64,000 nt of DNA, taken from contig JAUYMS010000034.1 of NCBI GenBank assembly GCA_030698625.1, forward strand, positions 2,835-66,834, given 5' to 3'. The position numbers were made by a program, and so were the translations under genes. Shown here one piece after another: positions 50,801 through 62,800 of the stretch. Positions within the stretch are counted from its first letter, which is position 1, and the number at the start of each line of letters is the position of its first letter. The notes under the pieces were generated by a model that was given only the letters and a program-made list of their open reading frames with translations, was not told the DNA's origin and made no database searches. This DNA comes from Candidatus Omnitrophota bacterium. Lineage in GTDB: Bacteria; Omnitrophota; Omnitrophia; Omnitrophales; Aquincolibacteriaceae.

Positions 50801-53800
50801 CCTTTAATAAGATTTCCAGATAGCTTCTAGCCTCGTCGAGCGACTCCCCCGCAAGCCTCAGCTGGCGCTCGGCGCCCTCAATCGTGGCCCCTTCAGCCTC
50901 CGCCCGAGCGGCCGCGTTTGTCGCGACTCGGGCATTCACTTCAATGCCCAGTCGATACGCTTGTGCCAGCAGCGCTTGTGCTTCCTGCAGTGTAATTTTT
51001 TCGTCCTTTAAGGCACTGCGAATGCCGGCGATAAGCGCCCTGAGCTTACCCTGAGCCCGAATGCCCTTCGTAAGATCAAGATCCGCCCCTCTAGCGAGTT
51101 CCTCAGCCTGAGCCTGCGTCGCGTTCAGTCCATCAAGGACCGTCGTATCACGCGTGCCGGCTTTGTTGATCTGCTCATTAATCGCATTGATCACTGCGTC
51201 AAGTTTGGTATTGAACTCCTGATTGGCTTCAGATAATGCCTTTGCCCTTGTTCCCTTAAGCAAGCCTCTGAGTGTCTTTTTCAACTCGGTGATGTCTGTT
51301 ACTTTGTGAAGGGCGTCGAGTTTCGAAACAACAGCACGCGCCGCATCGAGATCTCCGCGCAGGACCAGGGCTTCTGCCAGCTCGGCGGCCGTTCCGACCT
51401 GCTCTGCCGTATAGGTATCTGCCGTACGCGACGCGGCCCAAACTCCAAACTCCGCATCGGATAGAACCGCCGCTTCTGACGCCGACAATTTTTGAATCCT
51501 CTCAGTGTCCGGCCCCCGCGCTTCTTTCTCAGCGGTTTCACGGCGGTTGCGCGCCACATCCAGGACCTGCTCGATCGCCGCGTGCACGGCTTCGTCGCGC
51601 GGCGCGCCCTTAGCGGCACGGTTAGCAAAGTTCACGGCGCAGGAGCTGCAGGTCGCATCAAGGGCTTCAAGGTCTGCGGCAAAATCAGCGTCGATCTCAA
51701 TTCCCGAACGCGCTACGTTTTCAAAGGTATGCCCCACACGGTCGGCCCGTTCATCGGCAAGTTCCTGCTTCTGCGCCTCACTGAGCGAAGACCCCTTGAT
51801 GCCTTCGATCATGGCATCATGCGCCTGCTTCTGCTGCTGCAATGCGGTCCGAAGCGCATCCCGATCACCCGCCCGAATCGCGTCTTCCACCGCCAGCTCG
51901 GCCCTAATGGCCGCAAGTTCATGACTTGTTTCGCCGCAGCCACCGCCGCCGCATAGTTCCTGGAACTTCGAGACGTTGTTCCGGACAGCGTTGATGTCCA
52001 GCGTATCCACACGGCTCAAAGCGGCGGCGGCCTTCGCCCGGAACTGATTAGCCTGGTTCGCCGTCACACCCAGTTCAGCCTGCAATGTCTGCGTCTCGGC
52101 ATAGAGCCCGAGGATTTGAGCGCGCAGCTGCTGCATCTGACGGTAGGTCTGCGCCGTCCGCGGGCGAGCCTGAAGAGCGGCTAGTTGGTCGATCTTGGCA
52201 AGTAACTCATCAGCGGCTTCGACGAGCCGCTGCGCTTTGGCGCGGGCCGCCGCATCCCTCTTGAACGCCTCGTCGATGTCATTCAGGAAGTCTGCGCCGT
52301 CAACGAAAAGATCGGCGGCCGTCACGGGAATGGCGGCTCTGGCGGCCGCGGCCGCTGTCGCAAGTTCTACGCGAAGCGCGCCGAGTTCTGCGAGCACAGT
52401 CGCATGCAGAGAAACTGCCTCAGCGGCCGGCGCATAATTCAATACTTCTCCAGCATGCCGGTAAGCGGCGCGCAGTTCTCGAGCGGCTTGCGTCAGTTCG
52501 CCCTTAACGAGATGTTCACGGGCCTTGGCGGCACGCGCCCGAGCCTTGGCCGCATGTATTTCAGCTGCGGTGCTTGGTTCGGAGGCCTCAGCCGCCGCTT
52601 CTTCATCAGCCGAAATCAATCGATTGAGACGGTCCGCGAGATCCTGACGTGCCGACCGGATTCCATTGCGTATCGCATCGGGTACTGAAAAGAGCATGAC
52701 CAGAAGACGCAGGGCAATCCACTCAACCAGGATGACGGCACCACCGGCAACGAGGCCGGCCGTGATGGCCAGGGCGATCGTAAGCATTACAGCAATGGCC
52801 ATCGAACCGCCGACAAGGGGCACCAACACCGGCAAGAGCAGTGCAAACATAACGATACCGGCCGCAATCGCCAAAACTGACGCGATGTTAAAGTACTGCG
52901 TACCCAACGTACCGAGGACCCATCGTAAGCCGTCGACGATCCGCGAAGACAGGGTCTTGCCGGTCCTCTCAGCCGGCGCAATCGTCTTAGCCAACCATTC
53001 GATCAAGCCCTTCTTGCCGTTTTCGAATGCCTGATTCAGAGCGCGAGCCACTGCCGCAATCCTTGTAGACACTGCAATGACCGGCGGTGCCAACGCGCGC
53101 GTTATGAGCACCGCAACAATAATCGCCGTCAGTACGGCCGCGGCAACAACACCGACCGTAAGACCGAATACCAGGGCGAGTGCAAGCGCAATACCCGCAG
53201 TAACCGCCAACTGATCGGAGACACGGCCTGTCAAAAAGCGGTACATCCCTTCCGGTATCACCTCAGAGATGGCCCAGCCGGCAAGGCCAAGCATGCCTAG
53301 GAGCAGAGCCACACCCAGGAAACTCAGCACTATGCCGGTAAGCGTGTAAGCCGCCCCGGAGATTATTAATCCCGCCAATGCCACAAGCGCCGGAACTCCC
53401 AACACCAGCGCCGTCACCACGGCGGCGGCCGCACCCATCACAAGAAGCATGCGTGTCGGCGAAATACTGGCAACGCGATTCCGGATTGCCGTACCCAAAG
53501 AACTCGCGAAGCCCCTCAGTAAGGTCCTCAGGTTGATCGGGATACGGAGAACGGTTTCTTCGGGTCTGGTCTCCCCGAATGCCGGTATCGTGATGGTTTG
53601 AGTGAAGAGAAATAAATCACTGACATACAAGACTGCCGCAACCAGAGCGCTCACGATGACAGCCGCGACAAGCCCCGGAAGAATACCGCCGAGAACAAGA
53701 GTGAAGCTGGTGATCACGGCTGCCGCAACAGCGGCAGTAACAAGGGCAATCGCGATGCGGCGCCCGTAATTGACAGCAATATCAACCGCCTTGTCGAAGG

Positions 53801-56800
53801 TAGCTTGCGCCGCGAGCAGGCTGAGCGCAACGGCCGCCGCCCCCATAAGCACTGCAAGGCTGAAGGCGTATGCAATCTGCTGGCGATAAACGATGGCTAG
53901 CGTGACAAGCGTCGTCACAACAGCAACCGCCGCAACCGTCCCAAAAACCAGCGCAAGTCCGAGCGCAACACTGCCGAGTGTGAATCCGAGGATCGTGCCG
54001 ATGCCGGCAAGCACAAACGGTGCAAGCACTAAGGCGAGGATGATCTGTCCCGCACGGTCGCCGGTTAAGCCGAGCAACGAACCGATTTGAATGGCATACG
54101 GGATCACGGTCGCAAGAGTTGCAATGATGGCGATTGTTGCAATGGCATTAATCACACCGCCGACAACGAGACCTACGGCCGAGACCGCCAACACACCTGC
54201 CGCAACAACAGTTAAACCAATTCCAATTTGACGGCGGTACTTGACAGCAAGTTCGGTCAGGTTCGACGCACCTTCATATGCGAGAGCGGCGACGATAACG
54301 CTTATGATCCCAATCGCGATAGCCGCGCCGGCGCCATAACGCGCTAGCGTACGGCCGACGGGAGGCCCGTATCGAACGGCCAGGTCCTTCAATCCGACAA
54401 GCAGGTTGTAAGCAACGGAGAGACCCGCAATAACGGTAAACACACCGATAATGGCCCCGGCAACTGCTGCAAACACCAGGGCCTCGCCGATTTCGCTGCG
54501 ATAAGCGACGGCCACGATGACTAGCGCCGCAACTGCCGCAATCGCCAGGGTAACGCCGATCAGGATAACGGCACTCGCCACAAGGCTAACGCCCAACACA
54601 GCGTTCACACCGAGCAGCAGGCCGACGCCGGCCGCAAGTGCGGCTCCGGCAATACGAATTCGCTGTGCATTGGCCGCATAGAAGTTCGCGACGGCAGTCC
54701 CGGCAGATGAAAGCGCCGAAGTTATTGCAGTCGTAATCGTGCTGCCATAAGTACGAATCAACCAATTAATACCTGCCGCGACGGCAGCGACACCGGCAAT
54801 TGCAGCAAGGCCGAGAGCGGCATACAACCCCACCGTCAAGGCCAAGGCCGGTGCCAAGCCAATGCCGAGAATCGCGGCCACACTTGCAAGTACAATCCCG
54901 GTCGCAACACGATGACTCCACAGGAACTGGGCCACCCTGCCGATCACGCGACCGGTCGCCATAACGGTCTGGAAGATCAGATAAACAGCGGCGCCGAATA
55001 ACGCCGCGGCCAACGCAAAGGCACCGAAATACGCCAGTGATGCAAGAAAGCCGCCGGTCAGCGGAATAAGAGCAAATGCCGCACCGAATACGACGGCACT
55101 GAGCCCGAGGGCTATGGCGATCGCGCGGACCACCTGAGCTGTCTCGGATTCTCCTGCTTTTACCCAAGCGGTAATCGACGCAATAAAACCCCAGAGACCG
55201 GTCAATGCAGTCAGTGAGGCTTGCTGCAAAGTAGTGCTGAGTATGAGTCCGATAGCGATAAGAACGGCAGCCGCAACAGCGGCCCCGACCACACCGCCCA
55301 GGAAGAATGTCGCCGCTCCGCCTGCCGCAAGGACCAACGCGACAGCCGCGACGGCGCGCAGGTTCATACGGCTCAGGAATCCGCGCAATTTGCTGAAAGC
55401 AAAGTAAGTGGCCCCGAGGGCGAGAAACCCCGCGAGAACCATGTAGATCTGGTTGATGAAGGGCCTTATTTGGTCGGCACTTTCGGGGAGACCCGTATTT
55501 TGCCCTATACCTTGCGAATCAAGAAATACAAGAAGGAGAGCAGCCAGCGCAAGTCCGGCGATACCACCAGCGACAATCTTGACCATTTCTAGCAGTGCGG
55601 AGCCCCCACTCCCTGAACGAGCGCGCCGGCTCGGAGTCGTACGCCCGGAAGGCGCGACGGCGCCCGAATCAGACGGTGTCACGACCACGCCACCGTCATC
55701 CGGTGCTTCGAATGCGTCGGCACCAGATGCAATGGGCGGAGCAAAATCCGTAATGGGGGGGACAGCTTCGGCCTCATCGACTATCGGCGGTGCCGGCGCC
55801 GCTCTGCCAACGGGAACCGTTTTATCTGCCTCCGCAACAGGCAGGGCATTCAGTTCGGCCTGCGTCGACGCTGACCGCGACGTAGCATCCGCGGCGTCCT
55901 TCGTCATGCCTAACGCGGCGTAAAGCTGCGCTGCCTGACGGTAACTCTGTATGGCAAGTCTATACTCGGCCGCAGCCGCGGCATAATACGAGCCGGCATC
56001 CCTTGAATCAGCTCTCCTCGCGCGAAATTCAAAGTCCTTTGCCAAGGTATAATGCGAGTCTGCTTCGCCATACAGCGACTCCGCCTGAGCCGAAGCAGCG
56101 GCCATATCGGGCACTCCGGGTGTGACAGGCGCCGCCGGCGCAGACTGATCAGACGCACTTTCGACAATGGCCGCGCGAAATGCCTGCACAAGCGGCTGCG
56201 CATGGGTATAGCCGGTGTTGTACAAGTATGCAGCGTCACCTTCGAAAAATCGGGCATTCAGGCCCAGCGGCTTCCCATTCGCGCCCTGGGCTTGCTCGGG
56301 ATATTCAATGCCGGGCGCCGATATGCCCGCCTGCAGCACGACTGTGTCATTGACGCCATACGGAGTGATTGCTCCATCTGCGAGTTCCACATGCCCTTGC
56401 CAACTGATATCGTATTCGGCATTGTGGTGGAAGGAGTAAATAAGTTTGCCGTCCTTTGACTGAACGAGAACGGTGCGGACATCGCCTCCAAAGGCATCGT
56501 TATACCGCGTTTGATCGGACAGAATGCCGTTTTCGAAATCGGGCGCCGATCCTTCCTGCCGAACACCCTGTTCGGACGGGTTACTCGAATGATTGAATGC
56601 GACGTATTGACCCCCGTCCGCCAAGGTCGCCGCATACCCGGCCTGTTTGACCATGCTATCGACCACGCTCAACGGTATAAACAGGGCGGCATCGAGCGCA
56701 TCACCCAGGGTCGTTCCGTCAATGACTTCAAGACCGTCGAGGTAATCGCTCACGCCCGTGCGAAGTGTCTGCTGTGTTTCATGATGTCCCTTGCCGAGCC

Positions 56801-59800
56801 AGGTGACCTGCTCAGTATTTTCGGCGTCCCGAGCCAGATGCGAGGCGACCCGCCACTCGCTCTGGGAATTACTCTTATACGCGAGTCGGAGATTGACAGT
56901 GCCGTCAGCCTCGACGACATAGAGCACCACGGCCGCGCGTCCGTCGATCTTAGAAACCGAAAAGGCGTCGGAGGAATAGACCACCTTCCCGCCGATCGTG
57001 AACTTGTGTTTGGGGCCGAGACCCGCATCCTGAAGTCTCGCAAACACCTTATCTGCCGTGTTGTACTTGCCGTCTCGCGAAATGATGTGTTCAATCGGAA
57101 AGTAGGTCTGTCCCAGCTGCTCATCATTCGACAGGCGCAGGTTGCCGGAACTCACTTCCGGGGCTTCAGTCACAGCACCGTTCTGAACCACATTGCCGAT
57201 CCGAACGCCGCCGGTAGCCGCAGGTGCTTCCACCCGGGCGCCACGCCCTTCAGCACGCGCCTGCGCTTCATTGCGAGCCGCCAGCTCCTGCTGTTCAGCC
57301 GAATCGATCGTGGGCGCTCCTGAACGCAAGCGGCTGGCGGCGTCCCGCGCTTCCCTTCCCGCCGTATCCACCCTTGCCGCATCTGCCGTGTGGCCAAGCT
57401 CTTCATAACGACTTTGCGCATCGGCGAACAGGCGTGCCGCGATATCAAACTCCGCGGCCGCACCTACTGCTGACATAGATTGAAAATTAAGAGCAAAGGC
57501 GACCTTAACCTCGGCCTGCTCCTCGAGATCCCGGGCCTCATTTAACAACTTTGCCGAATCGGAGGCAGTGCGAGAGGCGTCCCCTTCCTGTTGCTTCAAC
57601 CCGGCTTCAGCGCGCGCTCTAAGTGTGCGGGCGTGATCGAGTCGTTCCTGGATCCGATCCTTTGATTGTCCGTAATTCTGTCCCAGGCCCGTCGCCAATG
57701 TCAACGCATCGCTAAGATCCGCCTCGGCACCCTGCGCATACGGCAGGGCCCGGGTAAAATCGCCCGCATCGATATTGCCTTCCGCCCATTCAATCCGCGC
57801 CTCGGCCCGTTCGATGTTATTGATGACGGCGCTAAGCGATGCTAAATCGCTGCTCAGTTTCCGTGCGGCAGCCTTCTGACGCCCGCTCGTCCTATTGACA
57901 AGGCGGCCCAATTGCTGCTGAAGATTTTTCAACGCAGCCTTCGCCGTCCGGAGCCGCTCTTCGGCCTTTCCGGAATCATCCGCCGCGGCGTAGGCGACAG
58001 CCTGCGCGACGGTCCGGACAATCTTAGCGTAGGTATCCTGCGCTTCAGTCAAGACGCCTTGAGCCCCTTCGCCTTCGCCAAGGTAGAGTTCCGCAGCTTG
58101 CTGACTGAGGCTGCGTGCGTTCACAGCAAGCGCGCCGAATCCGGCGTACCTCGCTGCATGCCGGTCAAACTCGCCGGCGGCATGGTTCAACTGCACTTGA
58201 GCCAGAGCGAAGGTACTGTCCCCCCGGCCTTCGACGGACTCACGGCCCAGGGAGTAACTGACGGCTGCCTCGGCAACTCGATTCGCGGCCTGTGCTTCAA
58301 TCGTATATTTATCCGCCTGAGCCTTGTCTGCCGTCTCCTCGGCAAGCTCGGTGAAAACAGCCGCGGCCTGCCTCAGCAGGGTTGCCGCTCTGACATAATT
58401 CGATTCCGTGTACGTGACCGTTCCGGCCGTCGAATCAGGCAAGCCGAGCAATTCGAGAGCGCTTTTCACAGTGCTGCGGGCGGCTCTGGCCCGTTGTGTC
58501 ACACTCTGCGATGGCGCCACCGTGCTCTGCAAGATTTCGCCTTCACGCCCGCGGCCGGTGAGGACGCGGAGGTTATTGGCGATATGCGAGGCGATGGCTG
58601 CGAGCAAGCCAAGAGGCCCTGCCCGGAGTACGCCCCGCGCCATGCGGCCGGCAAATTCCTTGTGGCGAAGTTGACGCTCATTTATGATTTCAGACACCGT
58701 TTGCGCTGCCGCACCAGTCACCGCACTCGCTCCGCTGCTTTTTACGATCTCTTCGGCAGCCCTGCGGTCTGCGCTCTTATGAGCCGCCGCAAATTCACGG
58801 TTGGCCTGGACAAAGGCGCGCAGCAGGGCGTTGCGAAAACCGTGACCTGCACGCAGATTCTGCACGAGCAATACGGCAGGCCGCCCAACGCGGAAATAGA
58901 GCTCTTCGGCGACGGGGACAACGAGACCGTTGACTAAAAGGTTCGCGGGTTTGGATGATATGAAGTCGAGGCCGGTCCCGATGAGCCGGCCGGCCGAACC
59001 GAAGATCGCGGCCAGGGCATTGAGCACGCCCTGCGCCAGGGCATTCAGGCGGCTGAGGAACCCGGGCCGGGCTTCAGCGGCCGTCGCCCGGTAGAGGCGG
59101 GTAATTTCGTCCCTTTTGCCCTCGATATCCTGGACCCGTTCGAATCCCGCCCGCGTCAATAGCCGTTCATACGCATTCGCGCGCCGGGATCCCGTGGTTT
59201 CCTTCTCGGCCCCGGCGGCCTCATCCACGACCCTCTCGCCGCGCTGGGCCGTCGAGAGGACGTCGATGCCGAGGGCCCCCAGGCCCCTCGCAGCGCCCAT
59301 GAGCTTGCGCGCGAAGTCAATCGAATCCTTGGAGGCATTGGCCGATATGCGGGTCAGAGAACCGCCCACTGTGAAGCCGATCTCCACATAGGAGTCCCTG
59401 ACATTCAGGCCTTTCGCGAGGGAGGCGTCTCTCCAGTTGATGATCAGGTCCTTCCCGTTCACACGGCCATAGGCATGAAAACTCACCGCCGTAATATATG
59501 CGAAACGCAGGCCCGGGAATTGCTCGTGCAGGAGCACCAGGGCCCGTTTGCCGTTTTCCGGCAGGCGGCTTGCGCCCGGCGCAATGGCTTCCAGACGGCG
59601 TCCAAACGCAAGTTCTATCGTGCTCGCGAGGCGCTCACCTTTGGCGGCAGTTCCGATAATGACACTCACATTATGGGCGATGTGCTTGCCAATCGCGGCT
59701 CCGAGTCCCAAGATACCAGAGCTCCCTGCAGCGGCGGCGAAATCTTTGGCAAGATTTTCATAGTATTTGAATTCTGCGCTATCCACCCGCGAAACATCGG

Positions 59801-62800
59801 GATGAGCCAGCGCAAACTGCCGGGCGGCTTCATTCTCCGCTTCATCCCGAGTCATCCCCTGCTCACGCTGCAACTTTGCCGGCAGGATACGGCGGAATGT
59901 AATTTCTTCGACTATCGGCACAATGAAACCGTTGACAACCAGATTTGCCGCCTTCGTGAGTGTTAAAACGTCGAGGATAGTGCCGACAACCTTCCCGGAA
60001 GTACCGAAGATCCCACCAAGCAAGTTTGCGAAGAAACTGCCGAAGCCGCCGACTGATGTGGCGGCGCGTCTTTCGGTCTCGGCCTGTTCGGCTTGGCCTG
60101 TGCGGTCGCGTTTCAAGGGTTCAATTTGGAATTCATCGAGGAGCGTTTGTGCGGCTACCTGGCCGAGAGAGCGGCCGAGACTGGCAAGAAGGATGTCGCT
60201 TCTGCCGGCCGCATCTAAATTCGGCAGGACTTCTTCAATTAAGGCGTTCACTTCGGGGGGTGCACGAGCCGCCTCGCTGCCCAGCACCCCTTGAGAAAGT
60301 GCGACACCGAGTAATTCCGCCAATCGCGCGGCGCGGTCGTTGCTGAGCTCCGCAAGAAAGGCTCGGACGAGTGCGGCCTTGCGGGTCTGCCCTTGACGCT
60401 CCAGGGACTGCGCCAGCACCGCAAGGACTTGCTCCAGGACCAGCCCGTTCAACTGCCGGCCGGCCAGCCTGTTCATATTAATGAGATTCGTAATAGCGTT
60501 GACGAACAGCTCGGCGAATGTCGCTTCCGCGGCCGTATTTGCGGTGCCCGAAACTGAAATCGCCAGCAGCTGGCTCAGGAATAATGCCGCTGATTCTTCG
60601 GCAGACGTTGCGCCCACGAGGCCGCTTTCGCGAACAAAATCTGCAGAACGCAAGGCCGTCAGGAAATTGACCGCCCGCTTCACACGCTCGGCACGGTCCT
60701 CCGCCTCATGACCCGTGTTAACTTCGTTGAGCAAGCCGGCAAAGACGTTGAGCACAACCGGCACAATCTGGGCCGCGGCCGCGGCATCGGCTTCCAGTCC
60801 CAGGCTCTGGGTCAGCATCTGCTGCAACAATTCATTCCGAATGACCACATCACCGCCGCGGGCCGCCTCCACCAGGATGTTCGCAAACGCGCGAACCTCG
60901 GCGGCCGTCAGATTAGACACACCGGCGAGAAGCGCCGCCGCTCCTTCAGCCGATATCTGCACAAACTGAATGGATCTTCCGTCTTCCGAGGCAATGCCGA
61001 GGAAGTTTCCGTTCTGAGCCGCCCACAGCGACAAGGCAAAGTTACCGCCGAGGACAAGGTCGATGTCTACAGCAATGGCCGGGATAGCCGAGGCATCGAC
61101 TATCGCGCCGTCGGTCAGATTGGTGTTTCCGATATTAAAACCCACGATCTGGAATCCCGCACCCTGCACCATATTCCGCAGCGCCTCGGAGCCGCGCACA
61201 AAGTTTGCTTCGCCTGAGACGATGAGGATCGGCACCGTATTGCCGGTCAGAAGAAGCCCCGACAATGCGACCCCATTGGCGGTCAAGTTGCGGAACTGAT
61301 TGAGGAACTGCGGCGAGCTAAGGTCTTCCTGATTCAGCACGAAGATCTGCGTCTCGCCCGTGAGATTATTAGAAATTTCAGAGCCGGTGATCGAAACCGG
61401 CGTCAGGGTTCCGATGACGGCACCGGCAATCTGATTGGCAAGCGCGGCATCTGCTGCGCCCAGCTGCGCTAATGCACCGACAAGAGCGGTCACGACACCA
61501 GCAACGCGTACGGCGTGTGCATTGTTGGTGACGGCAAGATTGGCGAACTGCGCCCCAAAGCTTGCAACCGTCGCGGCCGAAACACCGCGCACCCCGCTGA
61601 TCGCCAACACACTTTCAGAGATTGTCAAGGCAAGAGCACTGCCGGCCGCGTCTGTTCCCAAGAGGGTAAGGATATCGGCTGCGAAGGTCGCGCCTGCCGC
61701 AGCGTTAGTCACGGCAACCGCTGTGACCGCATCGGCGATCGCTACTGCCTGCGCTGAGTTCGTCTCGTTCAGGGTCATAAGGGCCGCGGCAAACCCGGCC
61801 TGTGTGGCCGCGCTCGCCGACGTATTGCCGAGAGCTGTGACGGCACGGCCGATCGACTGCGCAACCGCAGGCTGCGTTTCGGTCAAATCAAGCAACCGCG
61901 TCGCAAGATTTACGAGAGTGTCACCGGCAACGTTAGCTGCGGAGAGACTCGCGATAGCACCGGCCGTTGCAGAAGCAAGGGCCGGATTGCTGACAGACAG
62001 ATTGCTGAGGCGCAGGGCAGCGCTTGTGACGCGCGCGGCATTATTACCAGAAGCGAGCGCAATCGCGTTTACACTTTGTGAGATGGTCACGGCAAGGGTG
62101 AAACCGGCGGCGTCTGTACCAAGAAGCCTGAGTATATTGGTTGTGAATGACGCACCGGTGGCTGCATCGGCCGTGACGACGGCCGTAACCGCATCGGCGA
62201 TCGAGCGAGCAACCGCAGGCTGCGTTTCGCTCAGGCTGAGCAGCTGAGTCGCTAAACTCAGGACAACGCCGCCGGAAACATTGGTCCCGGCCAGAGCCGT
62301 AATAGCGCCTGCCGCCGCCAACGCAAGGGTCGGATTGTTGACGGCCAGGCTGCCGAGGATCAGGGCGGCATTCGTGACAATCGTCGCATTGTTATTAGAA
62401 GCACTTGCAATCGCAGTCAGGCTTCGGACCAGCGTCCGGGCGGCGGCCGTCTGATTGCTCACAAGCATGGCCGAAACGGGGAGGGCAATGGCATTGATCG
62501 CGAAGGTATTGAAGCCGGTCGCCGCGGCAAGCACTGAGATGCCGTGCGCGATATCCGCTGCCGCGGCCGCGTCCGTCCCCGCGAGAGTGACGATCCCGTT
62601 GACAAAATTCGTGACGGTCGTGCCGTCCAGCGAGATGTTGGCCGTAGCAACCGCTGTCACCGCATTGGCAATCGTAACCGCCAGCTCTGAGCTCGTCGCG
62701 TTTAGATCATTCAGGGTCATGATGTCCACGGCAAACCCGGCCTGTGTGGCGGCGCTCGCCGACGTATTCCCGAGAGCTGTCACCGCACTGCCGATCGACT

